This document shows, piece after piece, positions 51,352 to 59,504 of a stretch of 64,000 nucleotides of DNA. The translations under genes were made by a program, and so were the position numbers. Below the pieces are notes generated by a model, which saw only the letters and a program-made list of their open reading frames with translations, did no database searches and was not told where the DNA came from. How positions within the stretch are numbered: the first letter of the stretch is position 1; each line of letters starts with the position of its first letter. This DNA comes from Escherichia phage vB_EcoM_IME392, in sequence record MH719082.1. The stretch is one strand, 5' to 3'.

Positions 51352-52822
51352 GTTCAACACTCTAGATTACTTCTCTCCTAACCTTAGAGGGAACGAGTTA
51401 TATAAGTTCTTCTCGCAGGTGCTGGATCATGGTCTAGAGACTGTTGTCTTTCCGGAGATGGATAAAAATACGGCGATTTATGATCCTAGTAAACCGTCTT
51501 ATGATCCGATTTATATCCTGGAGCTACTGGGTCAACCAGACTTAGCAGATCTCATAACTACCGAGGTAGACCAGAACTCAGTATCTGTACTCCTCCCAAG
51601 TATCCTTGATAACAAGGGTATGAAGGATGGGGTTGATCTTATCTTTAAGCTGATAAATGTAGAGATAGAAGAGATATTGTATCAGAAGACTCCGGAAGGC
51701 TGCTCACTGGCAACCATCCTGCTTCCTAAGAACGTGATCTTGTCTACTCGGCAGATTAAGCTAATTGATCGTCTGTCGCGTAAGGTATTTCCGATATGCG
51801 TAAGACTTACCGGTATCGCTAACTGTCTTCCAGATGGCGTTGAATCTCTCGGAAGCGCCTCCTTGGACACCAGTTGGTTGCTAGACACATCAATCCTGGA
51901 TGGTTCAGTAGGTATACGAGTCCCAGATATTTCGGATACTCTATGGCTGCGATTCTGTCTCGATATTATGTCGGAGATGGAAGTACCTCTTGAAGTGTTG
52001 ATTGATCGCTTCTCGGATCGTCTGATGAACTCTTATCTGACTGTATTCGATAGGAGAACTATCAAGCTAGATAATGGTCTTATTCTGGATATGGGTACAT
52101 ACTTAGATCTCCAGAATACCGACACTGCTCACAGCAGACTCTATAGCTCATTGGCTAAGTTTAATGTAGATTTAAGCGCCGATTCCAGAACTACTGAGAT
52201 TGAGTCCTTACTGGACTTATCAGACTTGGTAGCTGGGTTGGAGTTTAAGTCCTCTATGCTGCGTGAGATCTTCCTGTTCTTGGATATCGACCTCTCAGAG
52301 TTCGGATTCCAGAATTACATGGATAGGAAGATAGAGCACTTATCCAAGGGGATAGAGCAAGTAAATTATGGATATGAGGGTGGTAATTACGCTGATGGTT
52401 ACGATTTAACTAACTATCAGGGTTTCGAATACGAGAACTTATACGTAATCCAATCTCATCGTGATGGCCAAACTCAGCGTAGCGGGACGGCTTATTACGG
52501 ATTGCCGGAAATAGACTGGCTACACTTCGAAGGTATGGACTTCATTAATGGGTCTTACCTGCTGGATGGTACTCGTTATCTTCACCAGGAGTTCATTAAA
52601 AAGATCAAAGTGTACGATTGGTATACTCATTGGTCTAGCTACCGAGAAGCTATGTTCCTAACCACTCATAAGACCGAAAGACTCTTAGAGAAACGGGATG
52701 GGACTATTCTCCATGACGGAACTTATAATCGCGGTGAGAAAGTAACTCGTTACGGATTCGAACCTCTGTACAACGACGTTATTAGTCACGATGATACTTA
52801 CTATCGCGATGCCAATCTATAG
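51329..52822 (+). CDS. Baseplate/fiber-attachment protein (gpI-like position)
   Basis: Follows the J-like gene. An alternative start is ATG 51344. Confidence 0.35.
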   Translation: MRGMSMAKFNTLDYFSPNLRGNELYKFFSQVLDHGLETVVFPEMDKNTAIYDPSKPSYDPIYILELLGQPDLADLITTEVDQNSVSVLLPSILDNKGMKDGVDLIFKLINVEIEEILYQKTPEGCSLATILLPKNVILSTRQIKLIDRLSRKVFPICVRLTGIANCLPDGVESLGSASLDTSWLLDTSILDGSVGIRVPDISDTLWLRFCLDIMSEMEVPLEVLIDRFSDRLMNSYLTVFDRRTIKLDNGLILDMGTYLDLQNTDTAHSRLYSSLAKFNVDLSADSRTTEIESLLDLSDLVAGLEFKSSMLREIFLFLDIDLSEFGFQNYMDRKIEHLSKGIEQVNYGYEGGNYADGYDLTNYQGFEYENLYVIQSHRDGQTQRSGTAYYGLPEIDWLHFEGMDFINGSYLLDGTRYLHQEFIKKIKVYDWYTHWSSYREAMFLTTHKTERLLEKRDGTILHDGTYNRGEKVTRYGFEPLYNDVISHDDTYYRDANL

Positions 52823-52830
52823 GTGATTAG

Positions 52831-53598
52831 ATGAGCAATTATACTGGGGCATTTAACTTTCATGCTCAGGTGTACCAATTTGAAGAAAGTGATGTGGTTA
52901 AAGGTGGCCCGGACGGCATTGATAACGTGCCTCTTACCCAGCTGTCAGATCGTACGTTTTATCTTAAGGCTCTTGCTGACTTTACATTCCTTAAGCTATT
53001 CAATCTTAATCCTCTCGGCTCGTTCAAACAAGGATTCCAGATTAACGTGGCTGGGTATGCGGTCTTCGACGAGGCCTCCGGTAAGTGGTTTAAGTGGACA
53101 GGATCTCTACCTAAAGTAGTGGTTAAGTCTTCTAAGCCAGAAACTACTGGAGGTATCTATGATCCAACCACCAATCCGAGCGGTAAGTGGGTGGCTATTG
53201 ACTTCAGTGTTCTAGACCTTGGCGCTGGGGTTAAGATCCCTACAGCAGCTGCTCCTGGTAATCTGTATAGCGGTAAGTACAATCCAGCCTTCGTTAAGAT
53301 TGAGAATGTCTCCAATCTAGACATAGCAGAAGCCATATATACCAGACTAGGGAATGTGGTTACTGTTAATGGCAAGATCACTGCTTCTGCTACCGATGCC
53401 GGAGAAGTAATGAAAATAGGAATTGGCTTACCTATTAACGCTACCTTCTCAGATGACTCAAGCCTCTCAGGAGTTGGCGTTGGTATAGTAGCTGGTCAGA
53501 TTTATGCCGATGTGGACAGTAGTGTGGCTGTTCTTGAGATTAATCAGGGTAGTACAGACGAGCTGTCTCTGAGATACACGTTCTCTTACACTATATAA
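52831..53598 (+). CDS. Receptor-binding protein 1 (short fiber/spike with shared N-terminal adaptor)
   Basis: N-terminal GGPDGIDNVPLTQLSDRTFYLK and GKWFKWTGSLPKVVVKSSKPETTGG adaptor motifs, shared with ORFs 53611, 59505 and 62616. Confidence 0.6.
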   Translation: MSNYTGAFNFHAQVYQFEESDVVKGGPDGIDNVPLTQLSDRTFYLKALADFTFLKLFNLNPLGSFKQGFQINVAGYAVFDEASGKWFKWTGSLPKVVVKSSKPETTGGIYDPTTNPSGKWVAIDFSVLDLGAGVKIPTAAAPGNLYSGKYNPAFVKIENVSNLDIAEAIYTRLGNVVTVNGKITASATDAGEVMKIGIGLPINATFSDDSSLSGVGVGIVAGQIYADVDSSVAVLEINQGSTDELSLRYTFSYTI

Positions 53599-53610
53599 TA
53601 GGATATCGAA

Positions 53611-54528
53611 ATGGGTACTTATCAGGGTAAAAATCAGTACGTAGAGGACATCTATACCTTCGAACGTACTGACAAAGTGTCGGGTGGTGATGACGGTATT
53701 GATAACGTACCCATTAAGAATCTTACCGACAGAACTACATATCTCCGTAGTCTAGCATTGAATTCATTCCTGGATATCTATGGGATTAACCCAGTAGGTA
53801 CTTTCGGGATAGGATTTGATCTCCAGGACTCTGGGGATGGTGTGTATGACGAGGTGTCTGGCAAGTGGTATTACTGGCTAGGCTCCTTCCCCAAATCTGT
53901 TGCCGAGAATTCTTCTCCGGAAGATACTGGTGGTATCTTCGACCCAGAAAGTAATCCAGATGGATTATGGACTGAGGTAATTCCGGTAAACCAGCGTCAG
54001 GTAGATATGGCTGCTCGGGCATTCCGAGTTAAGACCGAAGAAGTCCAGTTCATGAAAGTAGGTCGTCCTCTCGACGGCTTTCGTGTATTGTATGACTTAG
54101 CTTCCCAGGAAGCTTATCGTTTACCTATGGATATCCCTGAAGGATCAACTATTGTTAGCTTAACAGACGGAGGGTGGCTAGAGCATAGCAATGGCAGGGT
54201 AAACTTATCTGCTTACGCCGTCGAATTAGAAGAGTATAAGTACTTTACCGGAGGCGACTTCAGTACCGGCTTTACTCTACGTCAGAACCACTGCATAGTT
54301 ATGCATGATGGTGTTCTGTATCGCTGGGATGGCGATTTTCCGAAGACCGTAAATGCTAACAGTACTCCAGAATCAGACGGTATTGGTGATGGTAAATGGG
54401 TTCCTGTTAAGACTGGTGCCCTGTATCGCTATGCTACTGTTGCCCAGTTAGATAGTGTTGAGAATGCTCTAACTACTCGCATAAACGAAGTAGAGAGCGC
54501 CGCTTTTGTTAACGCATTACTGTTCTAA
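53611..54528 (+). CDS. Receptor-binding protein 2 (paralogous N-terminus)
   Basis: GGDDGIDNVPIKNLTDRTTYLR and GKWYYWLGSFPKSVAENSSPEDTGG. A second copy of the W..G.FPK motif occurs near the C-terminus (YRWDGDFPKTVNANSTPESDG). Confidence 0.6.
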   Translation: MGTYQGKNQYVEDIYTFERTDKVSGGDDGIDNVPIKNLTDRTTYLRSLALNSFLDIYGINPVGTFGIGFDLQDSGDGVYDEVSGKWYYWLGSFPKSVAENSSPEDTGGIFDPESNPDGLWTEVIPVNQRQVDMAARAFRVKTEEVQFMKVGRPLDGFRVLYDLASQEAYRLPMDIPEGSTIVSLTDGGWLEHSNGRVNLSAYAVELEEYKYFTGGDFSTGFTLRQNHCIVMHDGVLYRWDGDFPKTVNANSTPESDGIGDGKWVPVKTGALYRYATVAQLDSVENALTTRINEVESAAFVNALLF

Positions 54529-54537
54529 GGAATACCC

Positions 54538-54879
54538 ATGGCAGCTAAATTTAAACGAGCTAGCGCTACGCTAACTAAATCTGAATCTACCATTTATACT
54601 ACTCCGGCTACTGGTGCTATAATCGTTGGAATCCTGGCAGCCCATAATGGTGTTACAGATGCTGCAGCTCAGTTTCAGCTTAAGATTAAACCTGCATCTG
54701 GAAATGATGTATACCTGCTAGGTAAAGACACTAATCTTCCTCAGAAGTCGGCATTGAATATCGATTCTGCTAAGGTAATTCTCATGGATGGTGATCAGGT
54801 AGTAGCTTCAGCATCTGCTGTAGATACTTCTAATAACTCGAACATGGTAGACCTGACTCTTTCCATTGTGGAGAACTAA
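54538..54879 (+). CDS. Hypothetical 113-aa protein in the fiber locus
   Basis: ORF with tight spacing in the fiber locus. Confidence 0.4.
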   Translation: MAAKFKRASATLTKSESTIYTTPATGAIIVGILAAHNGVTDAAAQFQLKIKPASGNDVYLLGKDTNLPQKSALNIDSAKVILMDGDQVVASASAVDTSNNSNMVDLTLSIVEN

Positions 54880-54880
54880 T

Positions 54881-56227
54881 ATGGGTGGTTATATTGGTTT
54901 CAATCCATCTGATGGTGCTGGTGAACTTCGTAATGAATTGACTCCTAAGATCAAGAACAACCAGGATAACATCATCGAGTTGTGGGCGAATGACTTAGCC
55001 GATTGTGGTTACAATCTGGCAGCTACTTTCGAGTTCGGTGGTATCTTATCTAACCGATTCGATCTGGTAGTATCTCTTGATCGTCAGCGTGCATATTCAT
55101 GGAAGGGTAACTTTCCAGTAGATATTGCAAACGCACCTATCACCCATTCTAATTGGGTACCTTGGTCGATCGACCAAATGGGTGCTGGTAACTTATTGGA
55201 AGTTAAGTGGGTATCCTCTCGTAAGTTATTAGGGTCACCATTATGGGGTGGATTCGTAGCAGCTGATGGTGGTATCTTCTCACGTATCTTGTATCCTGAT
55301 ACTTGGGCAGCAGTCAATGCTGGACTAGTACAAGTATGTCCTGAAGCTGACTGGGTAGCTGATCCTACTAAGCGCCACTGCTATACTACTGGTGATGGTA
55401 CTACTACCTTCCGAGTACCTGACTTAAATGGTGCGTACCGTCATCCTAGTGACTCCTCTAAGAACTCCATTCCAGGATTATTCTTACGTGGTGATAATGG
55501 TAGTGACTACGGATACGTCCAGCGTAATGCTGCACCTAATATTACTGGTATTATACAAGGTCGTACTTCTGGTACTTATGGTCGACTATTCAGTCAATCT
55601 ACTATTAATAGTGGAGCATTACAAACTAGTGATGAGAATGGTGGTGAATTCGCTACTGGTACAGTAACTGCATCGACTCCATCTGATCGTATGAGTAAGT
55701 TACTATTTGATGCATCAAAATCACTTACACCAGGTGCTGAGGCTTACGGTCGTGCTGAACCTAATGGTGCACCTGCTGATGAAGTCCGACCTAACAGTGC
55801 AGTAGGTTGTTACGCTATCCGTCTACAAGGTCGAGTTGTGAATCCCGGTACGGTGGATCTGTTATCATTAGTTGATACAGTTGCAGGTATGACTATAGGT
55901 AATACACCTAGCAGTAATCAGATTCCTAACATGAAGCATTGGACTCGTGGAGGGTCAGGTCGTGCATGGTGGAGGAAAGAACCTGATGGATTCATTAGAC
56001 AGGGAGGATTCTTTACTGCTAATGTTAGACCTGGTTCAGGTACTAAAGTGTACGTTGATGTAACATGGGCTATACCATTCCCTAATGAATGTAACTCAGT
56101 AACCGTAGGTGATGCTGGATTCGGTGATGGTAATATGTGGGGCGCCACTAATATCACCAGGACTGGAGCTCGTTTATGGTGTAGCGCAGTAGGCGAGGGT
56201 GGTTACTACTTGGCTGAGGGCTACTAA
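54881..56227 (+). CDS. Tail fiber protein with tail-collar-type domain
   Basis: Start placed at ATG 54881 (GGAGAACTAAT-ATG). TFRVPDLNG motif. 141-nt segment 55292-55432 is paralogous to 57033-57173. Confidence 0.65.
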   Translation: MGGYIGFNPSDGAGELRNELTPKIKNNQDNIIELWANDLADCGYNLAATFEFGGILSNRFDLVVSLDRQRAYSWKGNFPVDIANAPITHSNWVPWSIDQMGAGNLLEVKWVSSRKLLGSPLWGGFVAADGGIFSRILYPDTWAAVNAGLVQVCPEADWVADPTKRHCYTTGDGTTTFRVPDLNGAYRHPSDSSKNSIPGLFLRGDNGSDYGYVQRNAAPNITGIIQGRTSGTYGRLFSQSTINSGALQTSDENGGEFATGTVTASTPSDRMSKLLFDASKSLTPGAEAYGRAEPNGAPADEVRPNSAVGCYAIRLQGRVVNPGTVDLLSLVDTVAGMTIGNTPSSNQIPNMKHWTRGGSGRAWWRKEPDGFIRQGGFFTANVRPGSGTKVYVDVTWAIPFPNECNSVTVGDAGFGDGNMWGATNITRTGARLWCSAVGEGGYYLAEGY

Positions 56228-56655
56228 TGGCTAATTATCTATATAGCAATTCTCGTAAATCGTTCTATCCAGTATCGTTAATAGAAAATTATCAAAATAG
56301 CATAAACGGATTACCTGAAGATTTAGTAGAAGTCAGTGATTCTGACTTTAATGAATTTTCTCAGAGTCGTACTAATGAGTGCTGTAATTTAACTGAATCA
56401 GGATTCGAGTGGATTCCTAAAGGTCCTGAACCAGTATCAGTCGAAGATGCTCATCGTATCAAGAGTATCTTGATAAATAGTGCTAATAAGACTATTAGTA
56501 CCTGGCAGACTAAGTTGATGCTTAATAGACTATCTGACGAAGATAAAGTCAAACTGAATGCTTGGTTGGACTACATCGATGAGCTGGAAGCTATCAATCC
56601 TGACTCAGTAGAAGATACATCAGCTATCCCGTGGCCTACTGCTCCTGAAGCATAA
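56227..56655 (+). CDS. Tail fiber assembly chaperone (Tfa/gpG-like)
   Basis: C-terminal LSDEDKVKLNAWLDYIDELEAINPD...IPWPTAPEA is the typical Tfa ending. ATGA-type junction with the fiber gene. Confidence 0.7.
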   Translation: MANYLYSNSRKSFYPVSLIENYQNSINGLPEDLVEVSDSDFNEFSQSRTNECCNLTESGFEWIPKGPEPVSVEDAHRIKSILINSANKTISTWQTKLMLNRLSDEDKVKLNAWLDYIDELEAINPDSVEDTSAIPWPTAPEA

Positions 56656-56666
56656 AGAGGTATAAA

Positions 56667-58118
56667 ATGTCAAATGGATATATTGGTACCTACCCTAAAT
56701 TCGCTATTTATTCTCCTGAGAAATTGGCGAAAGGTACCACCACTAAGACTCTGCAGTATGCTCCAGGATCAGCTTATGCAATTCTGGTAGTAGTAGGCGG
56801 GGCGATTCAGGAACCTAACGTAGCCTATACTGTAGCAGGTAATGTCATTACTTTCACGGAGACGCTCCCGTACGATGGATGGGTTCAGTACCGTGGACTT
56901 GAAGGTAAGGATGCTACTGACTTTATCGCAGCTGCAGGTGATCCAGTACTATCAGCACGTTGGGCATTCTCACGTGATCATATCTGGGATGGATTCGTTC
57001 CACTAGATGGTCAGGAATTATCTCGTGCTATGTACCCGTCAGCATGGGAGGCTATCAATGCTGGATTAGTACCAGTCGAGGATGATGCTGCATGGTTGGC
57101 TGATCCCAAGAAACGTGCATCGTTTACTAAGGGTGATGGTACTTCAACATTCCGAGTACCTGACCTTAATGGTAAGTTGGGTGATTCTATAAAGGGACTG
57201 CACATCCGTGGAGATAATGGTGATTCAGCTCGTACCGGTAAAGTACTCCAGAATGGCGCTCCGAATATTACAGGATACACTAATTTATTAGGGTATAACA
57301 CATGGGCAAATAATGCCGGAGCGGCCAACGGTGCATTAAACTTAAGCCAGGGTTTAGCATTCTCCAACGGTACCGATTTAGTTGTAAACTCTTCTTACAG
57401 AGAATTAAGAGCTAATTTAGATGCATCTAAATCTAATGCATCTTATGGTCGTGACGGCACTGATGAAGTGCGTCCTAATGCAGCTATTGGATGCTGGGTA
57501 GTCAAGTTATTCGCAGGTATCGCTAATGCTGGTGTAGCTGATCTGCAGCAAGTGCTAGTCACGTTAGCTGGTAAGATGGATAAGACCAAGTACGAATTCG
57601 GTGTACCAATGATTGGCGTACCATTCTACTGGCCATCGGATAAGATGCCTGATGAAGTATATCCTGAGCTGAAAGGTATGCACTTCATCCAAGCTCGTGG
57701 TGATAACTTCGATGCTGAACTGTATCCTAAGTTAGCTACTGTTTATCCTAATAATAAGTTACCAGATTTACGTGGTGAATTCATCCGTGGTTGGGATGAC
57801 GGACGTGAAGTGGATACTGGACGAGCTCTGCTATCGCGTCAATCACATTCAATTATTGAACACTCACACTATATGGAGTTGTGGACAGGTGACGTACTTC
57901 ATTCTGGGGATGCTAGAGATGGGGTAAATGCAGGAGTACTGGCTACCTATGGTGATGGTGGGTCAATTAAATCTGACGAATCAGGTAATCATGTACCCTC
58001 CTTAGTACGAGCTATTAATACTCGTAATATTAATCGTTACAACGTAAATAGCGAAAATATAAGCACAGAAAACCGTCCACGTAACGTAGCATATAACATC
58101 ATTGTAAGGGCATTATAA
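56667..58118 (+). CDS. Tail fiber protein with two collar-type domains
   Basis: TFRVPDLNG and LPDLRGEFIRGWDDGR motifs. Paralogous to ORFs 54881 and 58802. Confidence 0.65.
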   Translation: MSNGYIGTYPKFAIYSPEKLAKGTTTKTLQYAPGSAYAILVVVGGAIQEPNVAYTVAGNVITFTETLPYDGWVQYRGLEGKDATDFIAAAGDPVLSARWAFSRDHIWDGFVPLDGQELSRAMYPSAWEAINAGLVPVEDDAAWLADPKKRASFTKGDGTSTFRVPDLNGKLGDSIKGLHIRGDNGDSARTGKVLQNGAPNITGYTNLLGYNTWANNAGAANGALNLSQGLAFSNGTDLVVNSSYRELRANLDASKSNASYGRDGTDEVRPNAAIGCWVVKLFAGIANAGVADLQQVLVTLAGKMDKTKYEFGVPMIGVPFYWPSDKMPDEVYPELKGMHFIQARGDNFDAELYPKLATVYPNNKLPDLRGEFIRGWDDGREVDTGRALLSRQSHSIIEHSHYMELWTGDVLHSGDARDGVNAGVLATYGDGGSIKSDESGNHVPSLVRAINTRNINRYNVNSENISTENRPRNVAYNIIVRAL

Positions 58119-58726
58119 TGAGCATTGAATTTAACGATCAAGGTTTTGCCACCACTTCTGGTAAAGTGATGGTTTATAACTACAATGAAGATACTCGTGA
58201 ATTCACATTTAATCGTGAAGAGTTTATCTACGTAGGTGTATCGGTACCAGCTCACTCCACAATCGTTCCAGTGCCTGCAGAACGTGAAGGATATGCTCGA
58301 GTGTATCATGAAGATACCAAGAAGTGGGAATATGTAGAAGATCACCGTGGAGTAGAAGTTTACTCAAAAGCTGATCAAACTAAAGTAACTATCCAGGAAC
58401 TCGGACCTATCGACGATATCTACACTACGATTGCTCCTACTTCAATCCATGATAATTGGGATGAAGATACTGGTGCATGGGTACTAGATGAAGTTGCTGA
58501 GCACGAAGCTAAGGTGGTTGCGGCTGATGCCAAGAAAGTAACATTGATTGAGGATGCTAATGCTTATATCAATAGTAAGCAGTGGCCATCCAAACTGGCA
58601 ATGGGCCGACTGAGCGATGCTGATAAAGTCAAGTTCAATTTGTGGCTAGATTATCAGGAGGAAGTAGAAGCTATTGAAACTACTGATCCTGATACTATCG
58701 TATGGCCAGAAGCACCTGCTAAGTAA
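58118..58726 (+). CDS. Tail fiber assembly chaperone (Tfa/gpG-like), second copy
   Basis: C-terminal LSDADKVKFNLWLDYQEEVEAIETTDPDTIVWPEAPAK. 1-nt overlap with the fiber stop. Confidence 0.7.
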   Translation: MSIEFNDQGFATTSGKVMVYNYNEDTREFTFNREEFIYVGVSVPAHSTIVPVPAEREGYARVYHEDTKKWEYVEDHRGVEVYSKADQTKVTIQELGPIDDIYTTIAPTSIHDNWDEDTGAWVLDEVAEHEAKVVAADAKKVTLIEDANAYINSKQWPSKLAMGRLSDADKVKFNLWLDYQEEVEAIETTDPDTIVWPEAPAK

Positions 58727-58801
58727 TATTTATTAAGGGGTAGTTATGTCAATTAATTACATGACTCCAGATAGTATCGTGATTGTAAGTGAGGTGTCAA
58801 T

Positions 58802-59425
58802 ATGAGCCTCACCCGTCTTAAGTATTTAATGAACGAAGGTACAGATGCTGAAGTTGAAGCGTATCTACGCCAGCTGGGTATCGGTAATGGAGCTCCATTA
58901 ATAGGAGTACCGTTCCCGTGGGTTCATCCTACCAAGATGCCTGATGAGATATTTACTTCAATGAAGGGTATGCGATTTCTGAAGATGAATGGTCAGACAT
59001 TCGATCCAGAAACATACCCAGAACTGGCTAAGCTATGGACAACTAATCAGTTACAAGATCTACGTGCACAATTTATCCGTGGATGGGATGACGGTCGAGG
59101 CATGGATGCAGGACGAACGATCAATACTGGTCAGTCAGATTCTGCCCCAGAAATATCTGGTTGGTTCAGGACTGTTAATACTGAGAATGCATCAATCTGG
59201 GAAAGCATAACATCAGGATTTGGTTCTGGAGCTCTCTACGGTACTAATACTAAAGGTCAGTATTATAGATTAGCGGGACTTCCAATGGATATTAACGCTA
59301 CCTATAAGTATCCTACAGTAATTAACTTCTTGGCATCACGATCATCTTCAGTATATGGACGAAACGGCACCAATGAAATTGTACCTAAAAACGTAGCATT
59401 TCTGTACATCGTTCGAGCTAAATAA
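58802..59425 (+). CDS. Short tail-fiber tip protein (collar-domain only)
   Basis: GVPFPWVHPTKMPDE...LQDLRAQFIRGWDDGR is homologous to the C-terminal half of ORF 56667 (nt 58904-59098 versus 57615-57806). Confidence 0.55.
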   Translation: MSLTRLKYLMNEGTDAEVEAYLRQLGIGNGAPLIGVPFPWVHPTKMPDEIFTSMKGMRFLKMNGQTFDPETYPELAKLWTTNQLQDLRAQFIRGWDDGRGMDAGRTINTGQSDSAPEISGWFRTVNTENASIWESITSGFGSGALYGTNTKGQYYRLAGLPMDINATYKYPTVINFLASRSSSVYGRNGTNEIVPKNVAFLYIVRAK

Positions 59426-59504
59426 ATAAATAGCTACAATAGCAGGTGCAACTTGTACATGGGTTATGATAAACGAAGTGTTGACAATATCATAGGGTGA
59501 TTAA

